Shown piece after piece: positions 9,101 to 16,824 of a DNA stretch of 64,000 bases (its first letter is position 1; the number at the start of each line of letters is the position of its first letter). The notes below the pieces were generated by a model. The model was not told the origin of the DNA. It ran no database searches and saw only the letters and a list, made by a program, of their open reading frames with translations. A program made the position numbers and the translations under genes. Source of the stretch: Pseudomonadota bacterium (GTDB lineage Bacteria; Desulfobacterota; Desulfobulbia; Desulfobulbales; SURF-16). The stretch lies in the NCBI GenBank assembly GCA_043809085.1, contig JAZDEG010000030.1, positions 21,378 through 85,377 of the forward strand, in the 5' to 3' direction.

Positions 9101-10353
9101 AGTTTCATCCTGATAAGATTAAGCATCAGCCGGGTATTTTCGTTGGAGCGGGAGCAGAGATCCACTGGTGACGCCATCAGCAAAAACTGAACGCCTTCAT
9201 GTTCCGCCTCGCGAATGTTACGCTGATTGGCCGGCATTTCTATCTGGGCGCGGGGATAGACAACGGTAACCTCATGCACGCCGAGTCGAAGAAGCGAACG
9301 GGCGACCTCCATAGCAATGTTGTTTCCGCCAATGACAGCAGCTCGGCGGCCCAGATCAAGCTTTCTTCCGTCGTTAACCATGCGCAGAAAACGGGTCGCC
9401 GTATAGACATGATCATAGTTGGCGCATGGAATATCAAGTGGTTGATCAACAGAAGCGCCGATGCCGATAAAAATTGCATCAAACCCTTGATCTTGAAGAT
9501 CCTGCAAGGAAAAATCTTTTCCCCACTGCTGACTGAGACGTATAGAGATCCCCATTTTCAGAATGGAGTTCACTTCATAATCAAGCACATCCTTGGGTAT
9601 TTTGTAATTGAGAAAACCATAGCGCAAAGCACCGCCTAGTTGAGGGGATGCCTCAAAAATAGTGACGTCATGCCCCTTCCGTGTCAGGAAATAGGCCGCG
9701 GTCAAACCGGAAGGGCCGCCACCGATAACCGCCACCCTTTTTCCGGTAGGTTTGTCCTTGGGAATATTGAGTTCAATCTCATGATTCATGCACCAATCGG
9801 CGACAAATCTTTTGAGATGGTTAATGGAAACAGGTTCATCGACCAAGAGACGGCGGCACCGCGTTTCACAAAACCTGGGACAGACACGTCCCACGGAAAA
9901 AGGAAGAGGATTGCGCTCCATTACCAGTCGAAGGGCCTCCTCATACTCTCCCCTGGCAATATGGGCAATATATCCCTGGACATTTATCTGACCGGGGCAG
10001 GTAAGATTGCACGGAGCCTTACAATCACCGAAATGGGTATTGGAAATGTCGGCAAGGCGTTGTTTTCGATGGGTAATTACCGGTTTGGAGTCGGTCTCAA
10101 TTTCCATCCCATCCTTGGCAAAGGTAATGCAGGCACGGAAAAGCCCTTCTGTTGAAAGTGTTGATTTAAGTCTATATTGACTGAAATCTTTTATTTCAAC
10201 AGCACATAAACCGCATGGATTCTCAGAAAGGGTGTTTTTTACGTAGCACAGGGTCGGGATATTAATATCCGAACGTCTGGCAACTTCAAGAATTGTCAAA
10301 CCAGCCTCGGCGACAATCTCCATGCCGTTCATTTTAAGGGTTATCGTCGACAT
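6130..10353 (-). CDS. fdhA: Formate dehydrogenase alpha subunit (Mo/W-bisPGD) fused to an N-terminal 2Fe-2S ferredoxin domain, a GltD/NfnB-like NAD(P)H-FAD oxidoreductase domain and 4Fe-4S domains. Selenoprotein, with Sec encoded by the TGA at 7825..7827.
   Basis: Track ORFs 7825..10353 and 6130..7776 are in the same frame. Read-through gives ...[33 protein letters not shown]..., compared with the E. coli FdhF motif CARVUHGPSVAGL. The N-terminus has a 2Fe-2S motif (PTLCY...NPCGLCAVE) and a GltD-like region (RVAVIGGGPSGLTAAYFL...VFAGGD). It also has CIFCQRCLRVC, CVSCGKCVDNC and TTCPYCGTGC. Total length is 1407 aa. Confidence 0.9.
7796..7812 (-). promoter_or_regulatory. SECIS hairpin for fdhA.
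   Basis: The minus strand reads UGA CAC AUU CCC ACG GUUGCA-GGUCU-UGCAAC. From memory of the E. coli fdhF SECIS (UGACACGGCCCAUCGGUUGCAGGUCUGCAC), the spacing and the GUUGCAGGUCU core are the same. Confidence 0.75.
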
Positions 10354-10407
10354 AATTTCCAGGATGATACATCAATACTGTTTGCGTAATATTTTACCGG
10401 AATTAAA

Positions 10408-10441
10408 GCGGGAAGAAAGCCTGATGTGAACTTTCTCCCGC
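10408..10441 (-). other. Intercistronic stem-loop between acsC and fdhA. It could be a weak terminator, an attenuator or a processing or stability element.
   Basis: gcgggaagaaag (10408..10419) pairs with ctttctcccgc (10431..10441) with one bulged A and an 11-nt loop. On the minus strand it is followed only by UUUAAUU. Confidence 0.35.
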
Positions 10442-10469
10442 ATTGTCATACCCGGCTTTCGTTCCATTT

Positions 10470-11825
10470 TCAGGCTGCTGGCTTCCACTCCTTGAGGAAA
10501 GCAGGAAGATGACCGGCCTCGCGAGGACCGATGGTTATCGTCCATTCGGCAAGCTCTTCTTCAAGTTCTCCCTTGATGCTGGCAAGGTATCCGGGGATAA
10601 TAAGTTCACGATGTTTCACCTTGTCAAGGACGCCGGATTTCTTGATGAACTGCGCGATCATATCTGCGCCGAACTTGCCTGCCGCCCATGCGGTCAGCAC
10701 GGAAAGTCCTTCAGTATCCTTGATCAACAACCAGGAGGGAACCTTGCTGCCTTCGATTTCTCCTGAAACGATGAAATAGGTGAGGGAAAAGTTGCAGGTG
10801 ATGAGGACGGGAGAATTTTCACCCGGGCCATTAATACTGTAAACGTCTTCCTGTACGACCATGGGGCGCTGTGGATCAGTGTAAATATTGAGCTGCTCGA
10901 GCAAGAGAGGAAAGAGAATATCGCCCTGCAAATCGGAAAGCACGACAATGCCGGAATATTTGGCAATAAGGACGGAAGCGATCATTGCCTCCATCATAAT
11001 ATCATCGGTCATCTCACAGGGAAAGGCAATCAACGGAAACCCGAGAGGTTTGAATTTGGTCTTGATTGCGGCTCTTCGGGAAACCACATTATCCTCAAGT
11101 GCTGCTCTCATGGTTCGAGCACCGGTATCGATTACCAAGTCTTTGAGTCCTTCGGTCTGCAGTTTTTCGGAAAGATCTACTGCACCATCAAGATTGGTTC
11201 CTCGCAACCCCAGAGGACAGCCGCTTTCTTTTGCCATAGCAGCCATGGCCGAAGCATTTTCTAATGTTGCGCCATATAAAAGGGGTTTGCGTTCTCCGCA
11301 GATTTTTGCACCTTCCGCAAGATTTTCCGCCTTTTCACTCATAAGAATGAGTGAAGCGGTAACCGCTTCGGCAAGAACTTTTTTGATCAGTGCAGTAAAT
11401 TTGCCCTGATCCCCGTCAGCGTCCTTAATCGCTATCAGATCAGCCTTCATCAGGACGCCGACCCTTTCGTAGCGAAGCTTATTGAAACGCTCTATGCGCC
11501 CGTCAACATCGGCGCCATTCATGGCCGTGCTGACCAGAACAGCGATACCGGTAGGGTTTTCAAAACGTTTCTCATGACGGAACAAGCAGGTTTCGCCACC
11601 AGTGGTAAAGGTGTTCTCGCCGGAACCTATTTTGATCGTTCTGACCGGCGGAGCGGAAGCCTCACCGATTGTCGCCTTGGTTTCCTCGGAAACATAAGGA
11701 CATTTTTCAATTTCAGCCTGCCCGGCGGCAACTTTCATGGCAAAGGCAAGACAGGTTGGAATCCCACACTCCCCGCAGTTCTTTTTGGGGAGCATTTTAA
11801 GGATTTGTATACCAGTAAGAGCCAT
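10470..11825 (-). CDS. acsC: Corrinoid iron-sulfur protein, large subunit (AcsC/CdhE).
   Basis: 451 aa. The N-terminus MALTGIQILKMLPKKNCGECGIPTCLAFAMKVAAGQ...CPYVS is the characteristic AcsC 4Fe-4S motif. Confidence 0.9.
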   Translation of the reverse strand: MALTGIQILKMLPKKNCGECGIPTCLAFAMKVAAGQAEIEKCPYVSEETKATIGEASAPPVRTIKIGSGENTFTTGGETCLFRHEKRFENPTGIAVLVSTAMNGADVDGRIERFNKLRYERVGVLMKADLIAIKDADGDQGKFTALIKKVLAEAVTASLILMSEKAENLAEGAKICGERKPLLYGATLENASAMAAMAKESGCPLGLRGTNLDGAVDLSEKLQTEGLKDLVIDTGARTMRAALEDNVVSRRAAIKTKFKPLGFPLIAFPCEMTDDIMMEAMIASVLIAKYSGIVVLSDLQGDILFPLLLEQLNIYTDPQRPMVVQEDVYSINGPGENSPVLITCNFSLTYFIVSGEIEGSKVPSWLLIKDTEGLSVLTAWAAGKFGADMIAQFIKKSGVLDKVKHRELIIPGYLASIKGELEEELAEWTITIGPREAGHLPAFLKEWKPAA

Positions 11826-11875
11826 TTTTATCTCCTCTTATACATATAAAAAAATAGTAGCAGCCTTGCTTCGGC

Positions 11876-14080
11876 CTACATAACAGTTTCCATTTCAAGG
11901 GCAGGATGTCCTACCTTTTTGAGAAACGCCAGCACCTCTTCTTCGGTTGTGCCCACTTCCTCATCCGCAATCATGTCATACAGCCCGGGCATACCGAGCG
12001 CTTCACAACGTGCGATCAGTTTTTCTCTGAGCTCTTCCTTCAGCATTTTGGGCAGCCAGACAACCCGTTTTAATCCGCCTTCAGCCAAAAACAGCTTTGG
12101 ACTGGTAAGAAAATGCTTGCTGACACCCATGAATCCGGGTGTCTGGGCTCCACCTCCAGCCATACCGGCAAGAGAAGTAAATTTCATACCGCTCGGGGTC
12201 ATCCCCATATAATCGCGGTTAACAACCATGATGCCGTTACACTGAGGGAGCATTGCGGCAATGGCCTCGAAACAACCGCAGGCGGTCATGGGATTATTCA
12301 TCAGGGAGTAACAGCTTACCGCCGGTACCGCGCCGCGTGAAGCCTGGTTGACAAAATCATTGATGCCGATGAAATCACCTAGAACCGGATCCACACATTC
12401 CCCTTTCTGAATGGGCTGATTCGGACCGGTGGGGTTGATCTGGAATGAAGCTTTTCCGTCAAGCCAGTTATAGGCTCCGCACATGCCGACCCTTTCCGGG
12501 GTAATGACGCATACGTGGCTGGGGGCAAAAGACTGACATAGGGTGCATGAGTAGAAAACTTCCTCGGTTTCGTCGGTCATGTTGCCAAGGCGAAGATCCC
12601 TTTCGGCATAGACCTTTTTGGCGAGCTCCTGCACCTCTTCTACCTTATCCTGTTCCGTGTAAATCTTAACCTGGACCTTATCGAGAATAGCGCCGAATTC
12701 CTGGTGCAATTTGCCGTGAAGAACCTTGCCGATATGTTTGAAGGAAAATCCCTTTTCAACAGCAGCCTTGCCGATACGGATCCACATGATGTTCCGCTGA
12801 CCGATGTGCATGATGCCCTGGATATAGTTGATCAGATGATGGAACTGGCGTTCCAGGATCGGCTCAAAATCGGACTGCATCTCACGTCCGGCAACCTCGA
12901 CAAGGATGGCAATGGGCAGATTCTGTCCCTGGCTGATATCGGAAATATCCTTACCCACCAGGATAACTTCGCCATCGGTAACTTCGGACATATCCTTTGA
13001 GATAAGAACCTCGACGCCGCTTGTCCGTCCACCGCCGCATTCCATGAAGAGATCGTCTTTTCTGATTCTCTCCCCCTCAAAAGCAGGACCGAAGGCCATG
13101 GGAATATCGATTTTGGTAACATTGACTTTCAGGCCGCGCACCTCGATCGCCCTCTGTACGATTTCCTCGTGGGGAACATTGCTCACAACGTGTTCGTAAG
13201 TGCAGATACCGGTGGGAAGAACCTGAGGGATATCGTAATCGGAAATGGTCGGGAACCCCCAGTTGATTGCACCGGCGGCATTGGCATACCATTCATCACT
13301 GACCTGACCGAAGGCCATAACAAAAGCAAAAGTCCTGTCCTTGTTGTAAATGAGGTTGCCCCGGTAATCACCGGGTTTTATTCCACCAAAAGCCATGGCG
13401 ACACGGCAGGCGAATCCTATGGCAAAAACCGCGGTGGTATAGCTTTCTCCAAATGGAACCAGACGTGTGCCCCATCCAACCTGGACATTGTTTTTCACGA
13501 GTTGTTCCGCCATCCTGATGCCGTTGGAGTGGTCATGCATGAAGATGTAAAGATTTTTTTCCTGCAACTCGAGTGCGATTTTACTGGCGACCTCCTTGTC
13601 CTCGGGTGAGCCCATGATCGCAGCAAAACCTGGAGCGGTTCCATCAACGAACTCAACACCACGTTTTCTGAAAATAACGTCGTCCGCTGCGCCAAGCCAC
13701 AGGTTGGAACCTGCCGGATCCTCGGTTTTCGTGTAGAAATCAGGCTGTTCAAGATAGCGAATCGCCTCGAACATCTCCTCCGCAAAAAATGTTGCCATCC
13801 CTGCATCCAGGGCGGGGGCAAGATACGGAAGCCAGATATTATCGCTCACCAGTTCAGGCAGAAGTTTCCGGCATTCCTGGAAAATATCCTTCATATCTCC
13901 AAGTTTTTCCACCTTTGCTCCCAGCATACTGTATATAACCGGCAGAAAATATGCTGTATTGGGGAAAGAAACCGCCTGTTCAGGTCCATATTTCTTAATA
14001 GCCGCTTCAAATTTTTCCTCGGCCATATCTACAATTTTGTGGGCGCCTCGGATAGCAGCTGAACAGATTATTTTTGACAT
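11876..14080 (-). CDS. acsB: Acetyl-CoA synthase subunit of CODH/ACS (AcsB/CdhC).
   Basis: 734 aa. It carries the A-cluster region ...CTLCQSFAPSHVCVITPERVGMCGA...NPMTACGCFEAIAAMLPQCNGIM... and is collinear with Moorella AcsB as I remember it. Confidence 0.9.
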   Translation of the reverse strand: MSKIICSAAIRGAHKIVDMAEEKFEAAIKKYGPEQAVSFPNTAYFLPVIYSMLGAKVEKLGDMKDIFQECRKLLPELVSDNIWLPYLAPALDAGMATFFAEEMFEAIRYLEQPDFYTKTEDPAGSNLWLGAADDVIFRKRGVEFVDGTAPGFAAIMGSPEDKEVASKIALELQEKNLYIFMHDHSNGIRMAEQLVKNNVQVGWGTRLVPFGESYTTAVFAIGFACRVAMAFGGIKPGDYRGNLIYNKDRTFAFVMAFGQVSDEWYANAAGAINWGFPTISDYDIPQVLPTGICTYEHVVSNVPHEEIVQRAIEVRGLKVNVTKIDIPMAFGPAFEGERIRKDDLFMECGGGRTSGVEVLISKDMSEVTDGEVILVGKDISDISQGQNLPIAILVEVAGREMQSDFEPILERQFHHLINYIQGIMHIGQRNIMWIRIGKAAVEKGFSFKHIGKVLHGKLHQEFGAILDKVQVKIYTEQDKVEEVQELAKKVYAERDLRLGNMTDETEEVFYSCTLCQSFAPSHVCVITPERVGMCGAYNWLDGKASFQINPTGPNQPIQKGECVDPVLGDFIGINDFVNQASRGAVPAVSCYSLMNNPMTACGCFEAIAAMLPQCNGIMVVNRDYMGMTPSGMKFTSLAGMAGGGAQTPGFMGVSKHFLTSPKLFLAEGGLKRVVWLPKMLKEELREKLIARCEALGMPGLYDMIADEEVGTTEEEVLAFLKKVGHPALEMETVM

Positions 14081-14111
14081 TGAATCGCTCCTCTCAGAAT
14101 ATCTATATAAA

Positions 14112-16760
14112 TTATTTTCCGCTTGTAAGGCTGTTAATCAGAGACTTTGTGAGGTTAACGGCTTTCGGATGTCTCATAATCAGGACCTCACCACCAGAAA
14201 GCAGCATACAGGTAGCGGTTATAGCTTCCATCATGACACCTCGTGTTTCCATATTTCCTATCATGTCATCAGAGGGAAGCCGACATTCTTTCGCCTTCCA
14301 GACCTCCCGTCCGAGATTGCAGATAATCGGCACCTGCAGTTTTTCGTCCTGCTGGGTGAGAGCTGCCAAGCGGATGCGCTCCATGACTGAGTAGGTGTAC
14401 TCGATACCGTAACCAAGGGCGCCGACAGAAGGATCCATCATGACGGAACTAAGGGGTACACCGAGGTTCTGGAGGAGAATATTGAGCTGTTTGGCAAGAT
14501 TGACATCGATGGGGGAAGCTGCTACCAGTGGATTCTGGAATGCCATGGCCGTGGCACCCAGAGAACGATAATTGGCATCGCCCAACGGCGCCAGACAGAC
14601 TTTTTTGTCCCCGGTCAGGGATGTAATCTCGCGCAACGTTTCCGTGTCCTTTTCTGCATTACCGCAACCCCAAACAATAACCGGCACGTCAATGTTGTTG
14701 ATGACATCGGCCGCTGCCTTGGCCGCCTCGGCAGCATTTCTGTTCATACCATTGGGGTCGGTGCTCACAAGGGAAAGACAGATTGCCTCGGCATTGTATT
14801 CATTGATGCACTTTCTTGCCCAGGCAAGAGGGTTATCGAGAACACCCTGATAATGACGGGCAAGGGAATCAGGCCACTCATCCGGTTTGACATCAAGGAC
14901 ATCCAAGGCAATGACCGGCTTGTTGGGCATTGCACCTTCGAAAAGGTGAAACGGCAAAGAAGCTTCTCCGCCGATCTTAAGCGCTTTATCACCGCTTCCC
15001 AGCAGCACCTCTTTAATGGCGCCGGAATAATTTATTTTATAAGAATCCGCAGGGATCTTGGCAGCGCGCTCGACTAGAGTTGTTTTCTCAACCGCCAGCT
15101 CTTGAGCAGCGAGTTCCGCCGGAACAGCTACTGCGGCGGGTGCAGTTTTTGCTTCAGCAGCTTTCTTGGCCTCGTCGGCAGCCTTTGCCTCAGCGACCTT
15201 CTTGGCTTCTGCCTCGGCCTTTGCTTCAGCAGCTTTCTTGGCCTCGTCGGCAGCCTTTGCCTCAGCGACCTTCTTGGCTTCTGCCGCGACTTTTGCTTCA
15301 GCAGCTTTTTGGGCCTCGTCGGCAGCCTTTGCTTCAGCAGCTTTCTTGGCTTCTTCCGCAGCTTTCTCAGCAGCTGCTTTCTGCACAGTATCATCAACTT
15401 TTGCTTCAGTTGTTTTTTTGACCTCTGTAACAGCCGGGCGAGCGGGAGCAGCACCAGCATCCTGCGGCTGACGTTTCAGTACTGCTTCGGCGCTTGCGAA
15501 ACTTGACAGCGCCTCAAACTGATCGTCGGTCAAATTAAAGGCTTTCCTCAGGGCATTAAGGCCCATCTGCACAGATTGCAACGCCATTTGACGTTCTCTT
15601 TCGTTCATCTCATGCTCTCCTGCATCTTCATATTCTGTGGCAAAGCCGGCTGGAGCCGATACGGCCGCGGCAGCGCGCATTTTTTCAACCTCTTGTCGGG
15701 CCTGGGCGATAATTTTTTCAGCCTCAACCCTTGCTTCAGCAAGAAGCTTCTCATGATCAACCGCTTTTGCCGTTTCTGCGGGAGCGGTTACGATTTCTAT
15801 AGGAGTTTCGACCGGTATTTTTGCAACAGCTGCATCTTCTTCAAACACAGGTCTTGGTGCAAGTTTTGCCCGTTTGACTATCTCGGGAACAGCTTCCTCC
15901 CACTCGATAGCCATGATGTGCACTCCGGATACACCTTTTATTTCCTTGACCCGATTGATAATATCAACACAGATGTTGATACCCTCTTCCTGTTTGTCCT
16001 TGGCATCCTTCATCCGACTGAGGACTTCATCAGTCACATCCATACCGGGGACAAAATTTTTCATGTACTTGGCCATGCCAAGGGATTTGGGAGGGGTAAC
16101 ACCGGCGAGAATATACGCCTTTTCATGGATACCCAGATCACATACCATTTCCATGAAGCGAGAGAATTTATCCACATTGTAAATAATCTGGGTCTGAACA
16201 AAGTCAGCGCCGTTAGCTACTTTTTTGCCGAGACGTGGGGCTCTGAATTCAAAAGGATTGGCAAAAGGATTGGCGGCACAGCCAAGGAAAAGGCGAGGCT
16301 CGGCAGATTTAATTTCCTCACCGCACTGAAATTTCTTATCATCACGCATCGCTCGAACCATGCCGAGTAGCTGGATCGAATCCATGTCGAAAACACCTTT
16401 GGATCCGGGATGATTGCCGAATTTCTGATGATCACCGGTCAAACACAACAGATTTTTCAAGCCAAGAGCAGCGGCTCCCAGAATGTCACTCTGCATGCCG
16501 ATTCTGTTGCGGTCACGGCATGTCATCTGAATGACCGGTTCAACCCCTTCCTGAAGCGTGATAAGACCGGCCGCGATACTGGACATGCGGACAATTGCTG
16601 TCTGGCAGTCAGTAATATTGACGGCGTCAACATGACCTTTCAGTATCCGTGCCTTTTTCCTGACAATTTCAGGGTCGCTGCTTTTCGGCGGCCCCAGTTC
16701 CCCGGTTACGGCAAAGCCACCGGAGGTCAGAATTTTCTCTAAACGACTTCCCGATTTCAT
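14112..16760 (-). CDS. metF-acsD: Fusion protein of N-terminal methylenetetrahydrofolate reductase (MetF) and C-terminal corrinoid Fe-S protein small subunit (AcsD/CdhD), joined by a long Ala/Glu/Lys linker.
   Basis: Single 882-aa ORF with no internal stop. The N-terminal ~300 aa look like MetF (VTGELGPPKSSDPE...NITDCQTAIVRMSS...CLTGDHQKFGNHP). The C-terminal ~320 aa look like AcsD (LKIGGEASLPFHLFEG...VPVIVWGCGNAEKD...DPSVGALGYGIEYTYSVMERIRLAAL...LIMRHP). Confidence 0.85.
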   Translation of the reverse strand: MKSGSRLEKILTSGGFAVTGELGPPKSSDPEIVRKKARILKGHVDAVNITDCQTAIVRMSSIAAGLITLQEGVEPVIQMTCRDRNRIGMQSDILGAAALGLKNLLCLTGDHQKFGNHPGSKGVFDMDSIQLLGMVRAMRDDKKFQCGEEIKSAEPRLFLGCAANPFANPFEFRAPRLGKKVANGADFVQTQIIYNVDKFSRFMEMVCDLGIHEKAYILAGVTPPKSLGMAKYMKNFVPGMDVTDEVLSRMKDAKDKQEEGINICVDIINRVKEIKGVSGVHIMAIEWEEAVPEIVKRAKLAPRPVFEEDAAVAKIPVETPIEIVTAPAETAKAVDHEKLLAEARVEAEKIIAQARQEVEKMRAAAAVSAPAGFATEYEDAGEHEMNERERQMALQSVQMGLNALRKAFNLTDDQFEALSSFASAEAVLKRQPQDAGAAPARPAVTEVKKTTEAKVDDTVQKAAAEKAAEEAKKAAEAKAADEAQKAAEAKVAAEAKKVAEAKAADEAKKAAEAKAEAEAKKVAEAKAADEAKKAAEAKTAPAAVAVPAELAAQELAVEKTTLVERAAKIPADSYKINYSGAIKEVLLGSGDKALKIGGEASLPFHLFEGAMPNKPVIALDVLDVKPDEWPDSLARHYQGVLDNPLAWARKCINEYNAEAICLSLVSTDPNGMNRNAAEAAKAAADVINNIDVPVIVWGCGNAEKDTETLREITSLTGDKKVCLAPLGDANYRSLGATAMAFQNPLVAASPIDVNLAKQLNILLQNLGVPLSSVMMDPSVGALGYGIEYTYSVMERIRLAALTQQDEKLQVPIICNLGREVWKAKECRLPSDDMIGNMETRGVMMEAITATCMLLSGGEVLIMRHPKAVNLTKSLINSLTSGK
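15151..15366 (-). repeat. Three tandem 72-nt units (internal 36-nt sub-period) inside the metF-acsD linker. They encode AEAKKAAEAKAADE-type repeats.
   Basis: Units start at 15151, 15223 and 15295. The first 63 nt of units 1 and 2 are identical (gcttcagcagctttcttggcctcgtcggcagcctttgcctcagcgaccttcttggcttctgcc). Unit 3 is diverged. Confidence 0.9.
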
Positions 16761-16824
16761 TCGGATATACCCTTATGTAATTGATGTTAAAAAAATAAGT
16801 CAAATAAACGAGCACCCGGTCATA

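Noticed and set aside
15080-15506. Several ORFs (101-134 aa) in other frames and on the other strand, with repetitive Ser/Ala/Leu/Phe or Lys/Arg/Gln/Leu sequences.
   Set aside because: They are by-products of the 72-nt tandem repeat inside metF-acsD. The AEAK-encoding minus-strand frame is continuous with MetF and AcsD on both sides.
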